Source: Marmoricola sp.
GTDB lineage: Bacteria; Actinomycetota; Actinomycetes; Propionibacteriales; Nocardioidaceae
Direction of reading: 5' to 3'
DNA length: 55,077 bases
NCBI GenBank assembly: GCA_030151765.1
Contig: JASLCW010000020.1
Location: 1 to 55,077, forward strand
This document shows, piece after piece, positions 1-9,368 of the stretch. The first letter of the stretch is position 1. Every line of letters begins with the position of its first letter. The notes beneath the pieces were generated by a model, which saw only the letters and a program-made list of their open reading frames with translations, searched no databases and had not been told where the DNA came from. Made by a program: the position numbers and the translations under genes.

Positions 1-411
1 CTCGAAATCGCAGCAAAGACCTCGCGTGCGACGATCTGCCTGCGGTCGGCCCTCGCCAGGCACGATCTCATCGACGACATCCCCGCCGAGATGGACATCG
101 CGGTGCCGCGTGGTGCTTGGACACCGCAGTTGAGTACGCCGATCAGTTGGCACCACTTCGACCCCGGCACCTACGCCATCGGCCGTGAGGATCTCGAGTT
201 GAATGGTGGTGGAACGCTCGGTCTTTACTCGGCCGAGCGGAGCATCATCGACGCCTACCGCCTGCGTCACTTGACCGGCGCCGACATGGCCAACGATTCG
301 TTGCGGCGCTGGCTGCGGCAGGGTGGTCAGCCGTCGAGGCTGTTGAGGACGGCTCGCTCGTTCCCGCGTGCGCTGACCCCGATCCGACAGGCTTTGGAGA
401 TCTTGCTGTGA
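1..411 (+). CDS. Type IV TA antitoxin, AbiEi family (5' part outside window)
   Basis: Frame 1 is open from base 1: LEIAAKTSRATICLRSALARHDLIDDIPAEMDIAVPRG...YSAERSIIDAYRLR, the typical AbiEi pattern. The stop overlaps the GTG of the downstream toxin. Confidence 0.8.
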   Translation, partial: LEIAAKTSRATICLRSALARHDLIDDIPAEMDIAVPRGAWTPQLSTPISWHHFDPGTYAIGREDLELNGGGTLGLYSAERSIIDAYRLRHLTGADMANDSLRRWLRQGGQPSRLLRTARSFPRALTPIRQALEILL

Positions 412-617
412 GTCCCATGCAACGCGGCACCCCTGCAACAGATGCCTATCTTGACCTCCAGACTCGTGCTCGACGGGAGAACCGTTCAACCCAGGAACTG
501 CTTCAGCTGTACCTGCTCGAAGGCTTCCTGGCCCGGCTGGCTTCCAATGATCTGCGTGATCGTTTCGTCCTCAAGGGTGGTGTCCTGCTTGCTGCGTTCG
601 ACGCCCGCCGTCCCACC
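408..617 (+). pseudogene. Truncated AbiEii-type nucleotidyltransferase toxin
   Basis: QELLQLYLLEGFLARL...RFVLKGGVLLAAFDARRPT matches the AbiEii N-terminus. The sequence then becomes unrelated and low-complexity before the expected DxD motif. The ORF runs on to 791 in the antisense of another gene. Confidence 0.75.
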
Positions 618-1027
618 TCGCGGAGCTCCGGGTCCTCGTCGGGTGGCACCGTGATGGGGGAGCGGGCGTCGAGCGGGAGGAGTACGACGAGGTCCACATG
701 CTGCATCGCTTCGGAGCAGAGCTCGATGCCCCGGCGCAGGTGGTCGGGGGAGGCCGTGGGGCGCCCGAGCCGGTCGAGTGCCTCGAGATAGGCGAGGAGG
801 TCGAGGGGGCCACGTTCGGCGATCACTGACGTGCCGGCGGCGTCGTTCAGGCGCGCCGCCGCGACCTGGAGCTGTTGGAAGAAGGTGCCGGCTCCGGGCT
901 CGATCGGATAGTCGTCGAGCGCCTCGATCGGGTCGGGCAGGGCGGTGACCTCGGGATAGGCGGCGGCGAATGCGTCGACCAGGGAGGTCTTCCCGCTGCC
1001 ATGGGTTCCCGACACCACGATGATCAT
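612..1027 (-). pseudogene. AAA-type P-loop ATPase/kinase (AAA_28-like), probably C-terminally truncated
   Basis: Walker A SGTHGSGKT and ERGPLDLLAY. After EDPELREV the frame reads into the antisense of the toxin gene and stops at 503. Confidence 0.6.
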
Positions 1028-1054
1028 GCACGGTCCGTCGGGTTCAATGAAGCC

Positions 1055-1807
1055 ATGGCAATGTCAGAGCCGGCTCCGTTCGACTTCGTGCCGCGGCCGT
1101 CGCACCCCGTCGGGCTCACGCTCGCACAGGTCTTCATGGTGGCCGGCGGAGCGCTGGCCGGGTATGGCATCGGCTGCACGGTGATCGACGGCAACGGGGA
1201 CGCGCCCGCGGCGTATGTGGCCGGCAACGGCATCGGCATGATCACGATCGGTGGCCTCGTCGTGGCTGTGATCGGCTTGGTCATGTGGTCGTTCATGGCG
1301 GACAGCCACCCGCTTGTCGTGGGCCAGCTGTTCTCCTGGGCGGCCCTGCTCCCGGCCGGTGCTCTCGGCCTCGTGGTGGCGGCACGTGAGCTCGGGGTGA
1401 CCGGCTGGTACGTCGTCGCTGCGTGCGGTCTCCTCGCGGTCGGTGTCGTCGCGATGCTCCTGGGTGTGGCGGCCGTGCGAAGGCGCCGGCGCCGCTATCG
1501 CCACGAGCTGGACCTGATCGTGCGCGGGACTGCCGTGCCGGCCACCGTGTTCGACTCCGGCCTCGACCCGGACGACTTCGAGGAGGCCTCGAATGTCATC
1601 ACGACGGTGGCCTTCCGGTTCGTCGTCGGCGACGCGACCTACCGCGTGCACCGTCGGATGACGATTCCGCAGCACGGCATTCTCGTCGAGGGCCAGCGGA
1701 CGACCGTGTGGCTCGACCCCGACGACCCGGAGAACGACCGGGCGATGGTCGTCGGGATCCAGCACGCGCTGCGATGGAATGTCCCGGTCCCGCGGGTCGT
1801 CGAGTAG
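1055..1807 (+). CDS. Membrane protein with about 4 TM segments and a DUF3592-like C-terminal beta domain
   Basis: Four hydrophobic stretches, an Arg-rich stop-transfer segment, then GTAVPATV...TVWLDPDDP. Start at ATG 1055 or 1061. Confidence 0.65.
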   Translation: MAMSEPAPFDFVPRPSHPVGLTLAQVFMVAGGALAGYGIGCTVIDGNGDAPAAYVAGNGIGMITIGGLVVAVIGLVMWSFMADSHPLVVGQLFSWAALLPAGALGLVVAARELGVTGWYVVAACGLLAVGVVAMLLGVAAVRRRRRRYRHELDLIVRGTAVPATVFDSGLDPDDFEEASNVITTVAFRFVVGDATYRVHRRMTIPQHGILVEGQRTTVWLDPDDPENDRAMVVGIQHALRWNVPVPRVVE

Positions 1808-1826
1808 CCGCCCACGCTTGCGGGGA

Positions 1827-2738
1827 TCACGCGATCGCTGCGGTGACCCCGGCCGCTTCGCGGTGCAGTTCGGTGAGGAAGTGCTTCAGCGCGGGGGTGA
1901 TCTTGAGATCGCGACGCCGTACGACGGTGAGGGTGACCCGGGTCGTGTCGTCGGCGATCGGCCGGGTCACGATCAGGCCGGCGCGCTCGAGGGGATCGCC
2001 GAAGACGCTGTAGTCGGGAAGGATGGTCAGGCCGATGCCCTCGGCCACCATCATCTTGCCCATCTCGGCGCCGTCGGTGGCGTGCCACTCGGCAGGAACC
2101 TCGGATCCGAAGAGGCGGTGCGCGAAGCGGTGCATGAGATAGCCCGCCCGCATCGCCACGAAGCGCTCGGCGCGCAGGTCGTCGGCGGCCACCTCGGACC
2201 GGTCGGCAAAGGGATGCGCCGCCGGGATGACCGCGACGGGGCGCCCGACGAGGAGGGGGACGGCAGCCAGGTCCGGCGGCACGTCGTCGCCGTCGAGCAG
2301 GTTGATCAGACCGAGGTCGAGGGCACCCTCGGCCAGGCCCACCTGGATCTCCTCCTGTTGCAGATTCCTGATCTCCACACTCGACCCGGGGTGGCGGGTC
2401 TGGAAGGCCCGGACGGCCGGCAGCGCCAGCGAGGAGGTGCCGGCATTGACGGTGCCGATGCGCACCACCCGCCGGGTGGCCAGGTGGTCGCCTGCTGCCG
2501 CGCGCAACCGGTCGATCGACTCCAGTACGTCGACGATCGGTTGAAGCAGTTCGCGACCCGCGGCGCTGATCCGCGATCCGGTGCGACTGCGTTCGAGGAG
2601 AGTGACGCCGAGCTCGCGCTCGAGCTTCCTGATGGCCTCGCTCACTGCGGGTTGGGACACGTGGAGCTGTTCGCTCGCCCGGCGTAGCGAGCCGTGCTTG
2701 GTGACCGCAGCCAGGTATTCGAGTTGTTCGATGCGCAT
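1827..2738 (-). CDS. LysR-family transcriptional regulator
   Basis: MRIEQLEYLAAVTKHGSLRRASEQLHVSQPAVSEAIRKLERELG is a LysR HTH; 303 aa; divergent from the sulfur operon. Confidence 0.95.
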   Translation of the reverse strand: MRIEQLEYLAAVTKHGSLRRASEQLHVSQPAVSEAIRKLERELGVTLLERSRTGSRISAAGRELLQPIVDVLESIDRLRAAAGDHLATRRVVRIGTVNAGTSSLALPAVRAFQTRHPGSSVEIRNLQQEEIQVGLAEGALDLGLINLLDGDDVPPDLAAVPLLVGRPVAVIPAAHPFADRSEVAADDLRAERFVAMRAGYLMHRFAHRLFGSEVPAEWHATDGAEMGKMMVAEGIGLTILPDYSVFGDPLERAGLIVTRPIADDTTRVTLTVVRRRDLKITPALKHFLTELHREAAGVTAAIA

Positions 2739-2758
2739 GACGGCTCCTGGTCGTTGTG

Positions 2759-2794
2759 GGGTGATCGGCGACGACGAACGGGTGATCGGCGACG
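2759..2794. repeat. 15-bp direct repeat GGGTGATCGGCGACG, two copies, period 21
   Basis: Exact copies at 2759-2773 and 2780-2794, upstream of lysR. Confidence 0.8.
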
Positions 2795-2831
2795 CCTGCA
2801 TGGGATGAGTTGTGCTTCTTCTCTTTCTTAA

Positions 2832-2852
2832 GTCTAGTATTTCAATAGACAA
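2832..2852. promoter_or_regulatory. Palindromic operator GTCTA-N9-TAGAC upstream of the leader peptide and monooxygenase operon
   Basis: GTCTAGTATTTCAATAGACAA in an AT-rich intergenic patch; near-copy at 12404. Confidence 0.65.
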
Positions 2853-2883
2853 AAATACGCAGGCTCGCAGGAGAGGAGACGAC

Positions 2884-2955
2884 ATGGACGCGAACGATCT
2901 GACCGCCCGGCGCCATGTCGACCTGCGCCGTACCGCCAGCTGCCTCTGTCGCTGA
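2884..2955 (+). CDS. Putative leader (attenuator) peptide MDANDLTARRHVDLRRTASCLCR
   Basis: GAGAGGAG RBS, ATG 2884, TGA 2953-2955. The RRHVDLxRxASxLCR pattern resembles actinobacterial leader peptides found before sulfur-assimilation genes. GC hairpins follow (e.g. 2993-3013). Confidence 0.75.
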   Translation: MDANDLTARRHVDLRRTASCLCR

Positions 2956-3054
2956 CCCGCCGAGCCGGCCCGTGGGCCGATCGTCGCCCGCTGGTGGCCC
3001 GGAGCCGGCCACCCCTCCGTACGCCCGTTTCCTCCCCCGACCTGGAGAAGAGTC

Positions 3055-4428
3055 ATGCCCCAGAAGCCCCTGCACTTCGCCGCCTTCGTGATGAACACGA
3101 CCGGCCACATCATCCAAGGCACTTGGCGCCGGCCGAGTGCCCGCCAGACCGACTTCAACGACCTCGACCACTGGGTCGACCTGGCCAAGACGCTTGAACG
3201 CGGCAGGTTCGACGCGATCTTCTTCGCCGATGTCGTCGGCCTCTACGCGCCGTACCGCGGCGACGAGCGGAAGTACTTCGAGGCCGGCCTGCAGGTGCCG
3301 AGCAACGACCCGTCGGTGCTGGCCAGCGCCATCGCCTACGCCACCGAGAACCTCGGAATCGCCTTCACGGCCTCGATCCTGCAGGAACATCCCTTCAACT
3401 TCGCGCGCCGCATCTCCACCCTCGATCACGCCACGAAGGGCCGCATCGCCTGGAACATCGTCACCAACTACCTCCCCAACGCCTCGCGCAATTTCGGCCA
3501 CGAAGGCCTGACCGCGCACGACGAGCGCTATGCCTGGGCCGACGAGTACGTCGACGTCACGTACAAGTTGTGGGAGGGCTCGTGGGACGAGGACGCACTG
3601 ATCCAGGACCCGGTCTCCGGCATCCACGCCGACTACGACAAGGTCCACCGGATCAACCACGAGGGCCCGCGCTACAAGGTCGAAGGTCCGCACCTGGTGA
3701 CGCCGTCGCCGCAGCGCACCCCGTTGCTCTTCCAGGCGGGTGCCTCCGAGGCCGGCCGGACCTTCGCGGCGAAGAATGCCGAGGCGGTCTTCGTGCAGGC
3801 GCCCAATCCTGCTTCGGCCGCGCGCGACACGGCCGATGTCCGTGCCCGTGCCGTCCAGCACGGCCGGCGTCCGGAGGACATCAAGTTCTTCCAGGGCCTG
3901 TACGTCGTTCCCGGTTCGACCGAGGAGGAGGCGAAGCGGATCGCCGCCGAGCTCGACGAGTGGATCGACTACGACGCCCAGCTCTCGCACATGTCCGGTG
4001 CCGTCGGCATCGACTTCGGTCACGAGGACCTCGACACCCCGGTGGGCGAGCTCAAGACCGAGGGTGTGCAGTCGATCGTCGGCTGGATCAAGGACCTCGT
4101 GACGGACCGACCGGCCACACTTCGCGATGTCGCGCACTACACCGCTACCAACAACCGCATCGTCGGTACGCCGGAACAGATCGCCGACGCGCTCGAGGTG
4201 TGGCAGGCGGCCGGTATCGACGGGGTCAACCTGGTCAATGCGGAGATCCCCACGAGCTACGAAACCTTCGTCGATCATGTCATCCCGGTGCTTCAGCAGC
4301 GCGGCCTCGCGCAGAAGGAGTACGCCGAGGGCACCTTGCGTCACAAGCTCTTCGGTGAGGGCGACCGGTTGCCGCAACGCCACCAGGCCGCCCGCTATCG
4401 CGGCGCCTTTGCGCCGGTGCAGGCCTGA
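3055..4428 (+). CDS. NtaA/DmoA/DszA-family FMNH2-dependent monooxygenase
   Basis: FDAIFFADVVG, STLDHATKGRIAWNIVT, KLWEGSW, PSPQRTPLLFQAGAS motifs. Confidence 0.93.
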   Translation: MPQKPLHFAAFVMNTTGHIIQGTWRRPSARQTDFNDLDHWVDLAKTLERGRFDAIFFADVVGLYAPYRGDERKYFEAGLQVPSNDPSVLASAIAYATENLGIAFTASILQEHPFNFARRISTLDHATKGRIAWNIVTNYLPNASRNFGHEGLTAHDERYAWADEYVDVTYKLWEGSWDEDALIQDPVSGIHADYDKVHRINHEGPRYKVEGPHLVTPSPQRTPLLFQAGASEAGRTFAAKNAEAVFVQAPNPASAARDTADVRARAVQHGRRPEDIKFFQGLYVVPGSTEEEAKRIAAELDEWIDYDAQLSHMSGAVGIDFGHEDLDTPVGELKTEGVQSIVGWIKDLVTDRPATLRDVAHYTATNNRIVGTPEQIADALEVWQAAGIDGVNLVNAEIPTSYETFVDHVIPVLQQRGLAQKEYAEGTLRHKLFGEGDRLPQRHQAARYRGAFAPVQA

Positions 4429-4430
4429 TC

Positions 4431-5825
4431 ATGACCAAGCGCCTGATCCTCAATCTCTTCGAGATGAACTGCGTCAGCCACATCACGCATGGGCTGTGGC
4501 GGTTGCCGGACAACAACCGGGAGCGCTTCAACGACATCGAGTACTGGACCGAGCTAGCCCGCCTGCTCGAGGACGGCGGCTTCGACGCGGTCTTCCTGGC
4601 CGACGTCGTCGGCACGTACGACGTCTTCCGCGGTTCGGCCGACACCTCGATCAGAGAGGGCCTGCAGATCCCCAACAACGACCCGTTGCTCGTCGTACCC
4701 GCGATGGCGGCGGTCACGAAGCATCTCGGCTTCGGCATCACCTTCTCGACGACCTACGAGCCGCCGTTCTCGTGGGCACGCAGGATGAGCACGCTCGACC
4801 ACCTCACCAAGGGCCGCGTGGGCTGGAACATCGTCACGTCGTACCTGCCCAATGCGGCACGCAATTTCGGACACACCGAGGAGGTCGAGCACGACCACCG
4901 CTTCGAGATCGCCGAGGAATACCTCGACGTGCTCTACAAGCTGTGGGAGGGCTCGTGGGACGACGACGCGATCGTCGCCGACCGGGCCGGGAATGTCTTC
5001 GCCGATCCGGCGAAGATTCGGCCGATCGACCATGTGGGCGAGTACTTCAGCGTCGAGGGGCCGCATCTGCCCTCGCCGTCACGACAGCGCACGCCCGTGC
5101 TCTTCACAGCGACGGCCTCCGAGGCCGGATCCGCCTTCGCCGGCAGGCACGCCGAGGTCGTCTTCACCGGCGGGCCGACCCGGGAGGCGGTGCAGACCAC
5201 GATCGCGCGGATTCGCAGGGCCGCCGTGGCCGCAGGACGTCGCGCCGAGGACGTCCGCTTCATCACCGTCGCCGGCGTCGTGGTGGCGCCGACCGAGGCG
5301 GAGGCGCGGGAGAAGTTCGCCCGCTTCCAGGAGCTGGCCAGCGCGGACGGCTACCTGGCGCATGCCAGCCTGCCCTTCGACCCGACGGCGTACCCGGCCG
5401 ACACGAAGCTCGCCGACATCACGCCCGACGACGGCGGAGTCGGCCGCTGGAAGATCTTCGACCCTGAGCAGACGGTCGGCGACTTCGTCGCCGGATATGC
5501 GGACCTCGGCACCCAGCCCTTCCTTGCCGTCGGTACGCCGGAGCAGGTCGTCGATGAGATCGAGCGCTGGCTCGACGAGGTCGGCATCGACGGCATCAAC
5601 CTCCTGCAGTACCACTCCTACGACACCGCCCGCGACTTCATCGAGCTCGTCGTGCCCGTCCTGCGCGAACGCGGCCGGCTGCGGTCGTCGTACGACAAGG
5701 GCGAGTCGCTGCGCGATCGCATCACCGGCGAGGGCGACCGGTTGCCCGATCGTCACCCCGCCGCCCGCTACCGCGGCGGAGCGCACCTTCCCGCCACCGA
5801 CCGGCGCTCTCCTCTGAGCGCCTGA
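4431..5825 (+). CDS. NtaA/DmoA/DszA-family FMNH2-dependent monooxygenase (second paralogue)
   Basis: FDAVFLADVVG, TLDHLTKGRVGWNIVTS, KLWEGSW, PSPSRQRTPVLF motifs. Confidence 0.93.
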   Translation: MTKRLILNLFEMNCVSHITHGLWRLPDNNRERFNDIEYWTELARLLEDGGFDAVFLADVVGTYDVFRGSADTSIREGLQIPNNDPLLVVPAMAAVTKHLGFGITFSTTYEPPFSWARRMSTLDHLTKGRVGWNIVTSYLPNAARNFGHTEEVEHDHRFEIAEEYLDVLYKLWEGSWDDDAIVADRAGNVFADPAKIRPIDHVGEYFSVEGPHLPSPSRQRTPVLFTATASEAGSAFAGRHAEVVFTGGPTREAVQTTIARIRRAAVAAGRRAEDVRFITVAGVVVAPTEAEAREKFARFQELASADGYLAHASLPFDPTAYPADTKLADITPDDGGVGRWKIFDPEQTVGDFVAGYADLGTQPFLAVGTPEQVVDEIERWLDEVGIDGINLLQYHSYDTARDFIELVVPVLRERGRLRSSYDKGESLRDRITGEGDRLPDRHPAARYRGGAHLPATDRRSPLSA

Positions 5826-5852
5826 TTCCCCAACACCAGAAGGAAACCACCC

Positions 5853-7496
5853 GTGAAGAACCGATATCTCCGACTCCTCGCCCTCGGCACCGGAACCGCG
5901 ATCGCCGGGAGCACCCTGGCCGCCTGCGGCGCCTCCGACACCGCCTCCCTTTCGGGCAGCGGCACCCCGGTCAAGGGCGGCACCATCGTGTACGCCCACG
6001 AGCAGGAGCCCCCGTGCATCTTCGGCGGCTGGATCCAGCAGGCCTACATCTCGCGCCAGGTGCTCGACGGCCTGGTGACGCTCGACGAGAACAGCCAGGT
6101 GAAGCCCTGGCTGGCCACCTCGTGGAAGATCTCACCCGACGGCAAGAGCTACACCTTCACCCTCAAGCCGGGCGTGAAGTTCACCGACGGCACTCCGCTC
6201 GACGCCGCCGCGGTCGCGTACAACTTCGACTACTGGGAGAACAAGGGCGGCAACAGCACCGCGAAGGTGTCGATGGAACCGTACTACAAGTCCGCGACCG
6301 CCGTCGACGCCACGCATGTGCGCATCGACCTCAGCGCGCGCTACACGCCCTTCCTGACGCTGATCACCCAGGGCTACTTCGGCATCCAGTCGCCGACAGC
6401 CCTGAAGAACCGCAGTGTGCAGAAGAACTGCGAGGACCCGATCGGCTCCGGCGCCTTCACGGTCGCCGAGTGGAAGCACGGCCAGGAGGTCATCCTCAAG
6501 CGCAATCCGAACTACACGTCGTGGCCGGCGACCGCGAAGCACCAGGGCCCGGCGCTGGTCGACGAGGTCGACTGGAAGTTCGTCGCCGACGGCGTGACGC
6601 GCTACTCGTCGCTGACGACCGGACAGTCGAATGTCATCTACGACGTGCCGACGGTCGACTGGCAGGCCGCGAAGCAGGCCTACGACACGACGCTCTACGT
6701 CACGCCCGGCAAGCCGGTCTCGGCGTACCTGAACACGGTGAACGGTGTCTTCGCCGACAAGCTGGTGCGCCAGGCCTTCCTGTACGGCGCCGACCGCAAG
6801 GCCGCCGTCGAGGCCGGCTTCCACGGCGTCATTCCCTACGAGGGCAATGGTGCGGTCAGCCAGGCGACGCCGGACTACAACGACAAGGCCGCACAGGACT
6901 ACGCGTACGACCCGGCGAAGGCCGGCGCGCTGCTCGACCAGGCCGGGTGGACGACGAAGAACGGCGCGGGCTATCGCACCAAGAACGGCAAGCCGCTGCA
7001 CGTGAAATTCGTCTACCCGGCAGGCGCTGTCTTCAATGCGGAGGGCGCGACCGTGTTGCAGGTGCTGCAGGAGCAGTGGAAGAAGGTCGGCTTCGACGTG
7101 CAGCTGATCCCGGCCACCCAGGCCGAGGTCTTCGCCGGCAAGTACTCCGGTCCCGACGCCTACGACGCGATGCCCTTCTACTGGACCAGCCCGAGCCCGT
7201 CGATCCTCTGGATCGTCTGGCGGCCGTCGACGAAGGCGGACCCCAACGGCAACAACCAGTCCTTCTACAACAACGCCGAGCTCTCCCAGGTGATCCAGAA
7301 GGCCAATACGGCAACGGATCCTGCCCAGGCGAGCGAGCTGTACAAGCAGGCGCAGCAGATCGTCTCGGACAATGCCGCGACGCTGCCGCTCTACACGCAG
7401 AACAGCACCTATGCCACCGCGAAGAACCTCAAGGACTTCTGGCTCGAGAAGAGCCAGGGCGAGCCGGTCTTCTCCGATGCGTACTTCGTGAAGTGA
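5853..7496 (+). CDS. ABC transporter substrate-binding lipoprotein, peptide/nickel family
   Basis: Lipobox LAAC; PWLATSW...YTFTLKPGVKFTDGTPLDA family-5 signature. Confidence 0.93.
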   Translation: MKNRYLRLLALGTGTAIAGSTLAACGASDTASLSGSGTPVKGGTIVYAHEQEPPCIFGGWIQQAYISRQVLDGLVTLDENSQVKPWLATSWKISPDGKSYTFTLKPGVKFTDGTPLDAAAVAYNFDYWENKGGNSTAKVSMEPYYKSATAVDATHVRIDLSARYTPFLTLITQGYFGIQSPTALKNRSVQKNCEDPIGSGAFTVAEWKHGQEVILKRNPNYTSWPATAKHQGPALVDEVDWKFVADGVTRYSSLTTGQSNVIYDVPTVDWQAAKQAYDTTLYVTPGKPVSAYLNTVNGVFADKLVRQAFLYGADRKAAVEAGFHGVIPYEGNGAVSQATPDYNDKAAQDYAYDPAKAGALLDQAGWTTKNGAGYRTKNGKPLHVKFVYPAGAVFNAEGATVLQVLQEQWKKVGFDVQLIPATQAEVFAGKYSGPDAYDAMPFYWTSPSPSILWIVWRPSTKADPNGNNQSFYNNAELSQVIQKANTATDPAQASELYKQAQQIVSDNAATLPLYTQNSTYATAKNLKDFWLEKSQGEPVFSDAYFVK

Positions 7497-7503
7497 GCTG
7501 ACG

Positions 7504-8508
7504 ATGGCCACCCTCACCCTCGACTCCGGCGTGGTCCGTCCGCGGTCGTCCGTGCGCGCAGGCGTACGGACGGCCCGGGCGGTGCTCGGCCGGATCGTCA
7601 GCGCGATCCTGGTGCTCGTCGCCGCCGCCTCGGTCACCTTCTTCGCCCAGTTGCTGATCCCCGGCGACCGGGCCACCACGATCCTCAACCTGCAGACCGG
7701 TCGCGCGCAGACCTACTCGGCGGCACAGCTGGCGCCGGTCAACGAGAAGTTCGGCTTCGACCACCCTGTGCTCGTGCAGTGGCTGCACTACGTCGGCGGG
7801 CTCTTCCGCGGCGACCTCGGTACGTCGTACACGCAGTACCGACCAGTCACGCAGGTGATCGGCTCGGAGATCGTGCCGAGTCTCGTGCTCACCGTGCTGG
7901 CCCTCGTCGTCGCCTGGGCGATCGCGTTGAGCGTCACCCTGCTCACCGTTCGACGGGGTCGCTTCGCCTCGGCGCTCGGCTCGGGCTGGGAGGCGGTGAC
8001 CGCGAGCCTGCCGCCGTACTGGATCGGCGTCGTGCTCCTGGTCGTCTTCTCGGTGGAGCTGCGGGTCTTCCCGGTGATCGGCGGCGACAGCATCGCCGGC
8101 ACCGTGCTTCCCGTGCTGACACTGGCGATCCCGCTCGCCGGCTTCCTCGGCCAGGTCACCCGTGACGAGTTCGAGAAGGTCCTCGAACAACCCTTCGTCA
8201 CCAGTGCCCGAACACGCGGCATGGGCGACACCGCCGTACGGCTGCGGCATGCGCTCCGGCACTCGGTGATCCCGGCGATCACCCTGTCCGGCTGGGCGCT
8301 CGGCGCCCTGCTCTCGGGAGCGGTCATCGCGGAGAACATCTTCGGGCGGCCCGGCATCGGTCAGGTGCTGGTCACCGCCGTCAACACGCGCGACGTGCCG
8401 ACGGTGTCGGGCATCGTGCTCGTGGTCGCCGCCGTGTACGTCGTGGCGAACCTGATCGTCGATCTTGCCTACCGGCTGGTGGACCCGCGTCTAGGGGCAC
8501 GCGCATGA
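7504..8508 (+). CDS. ABC transporter permease (DppB-like)
   Basis: GDLGTSY, FVTSARTRG (EAA loop), ENIFGRPGIG, LVDPR. Confidence 0.93.
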   Translation: MATLTLDSGVVRPRSSVRAGVRTARAVLGRIVSAILVLVAAASVTFFAQLLIPGDRATTILNLQTGRAQTYSAAQLAPVNEKFGFDHPVLVQWLHYVGGLFRGDLGTSYTQYRPVTQVIGSEIVPSLVLTVLALVVAWAIALSVTLLTVRRGRFASALGSGWEAVTASLPPYWIGVVLLVVFSVELRVFPVIGGDSIAGTVLPVLTLAIPLAGFLGQVTRDEFEKVLEQPFVTSARTRGMGDTAVRLRHALRHSVIPAITLSGWALGALLSGAVIAENIFGRPGIGQVLVTAVNTRDVPTVSGIVLVVAAVYVVANLIVDLAYRLVDPRLGARA

Positions 8509-9368
8509 GTGCCCTCGCCCTGCCCGCCGCTCGGCCGGCCCTCCTGGACCGGATCGGCTCGCTCCGCGTCCGTCCCGGTACGGCGCTCGCCCTGCTCGTG
8601 GTCACCTTCATCGTGGTCGCGGCGCTCGTGCCCGGCGTACTCACCTCGCACAGCCCGACCGAGGTCGACCTGCTGCATCCGCTGGCCAAGCCGTCGTGGG
8701 CGCATCCCTTCGGCACCGACAGCGCCGGCCGCGATCTCTACACGCGGGTCGTCTACGGCACCCGCCAGTCGCTCGGCATCGGTCTCGGCGCCACCGCGCT
8801 GGCGATGCTGATCGCGATCGTGCTCGGCTTCGCTGCCGGACTCTCCGGTGGCTGGGTCGACCTGGTGATCACCCGTGTGCTCGAGGTGGCCTTCGCCTTC
8901 CCGGTGCTGCTGATGGCGCTGCTGCTCATCGCGGTCCGCGGCCCGTCGGCGGCAACGGAGCTGGTGGCCGTCGGCATCGGATCGGCGCCCGGCTATGCAC
9001 GGATGGTGCGTGGACAGGTGCTCAATGTCCGGCAGTCCGGCTATGTCGAGGCGGCATCCGCCCTCGGACACCGTCGGAGCACGGTGATCCGCAGGCACCT
9101 GTTCCCCAACGCGATGCGACCGCTGGTCGCCGTGATGACCCTAGGCGTCGGACAGTCGATCGTCTGGGCCTCGAGTCTGGCCTTCCTCGGACTCGGTGTG
9201 GCACCGCCGAGCCCCGAGTGGGGCGCACTCCTCGATGCCGGCCGCGACTACATCACCACTCAGTGGTGGTTGGAGATCCTGCCCGGCCTGCTCATCGTCG
9301 TGGTCGCTGTGGCGATCACCTCGCTGGGCCGCACCCTGCAGCACCGACTGGAAGGAGCGTCGCGATGA
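8505..9368 (+). CDS. ABC transporter permease (DppC-like)
   Basis: HPFGTDSAGRDLYTRVVYG, YVEAASALG, LAFLGLG...PEWG. Confidence 0.93.
   Translation: MSALALPAARPALLDRIGSLRVRPGTALALLVVTFIVVAALVPGVLTSHSPTEVDLLHPLAKPSWAHPFGTDSAGRDLYTRVVYGTRQSLGIGLGATALAMLIAIVLGFAAGLSGGWVDLVITRVLEVAFAFPVLLMALLLIAVRGPSAATELVAVGIGSAPGYARMVRGQVLNVRQSGYVEAASALGHRRSTVIRRHLFPNAMRPLVAVMTLGVGQSIVWASSLAFLGLGVAPPSPEWGALLDAGRDYITTQWWLEILPGLLIVVVAVAITSLGRTLQHRLEGASR

Noticed and set aside
618..791. Ser-rich toxin C-terminus as a novel domain
   Set aside because: It is the antisense reading of the ATPase gene beyond the junction.
2739..3188. 150-aa N-terminal extension of the LysR ORF
   Set aside because: The LysR HTH starts at 2738; the extension crosses the promoter, leader peptide and next gene.
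8696..9364. N-terminal extension of the 798-aa ABC ATPase ORF
   Set aside because: It overlaps the permease out of frame; the coupled ATG with a GGAG RBS is at 9365.
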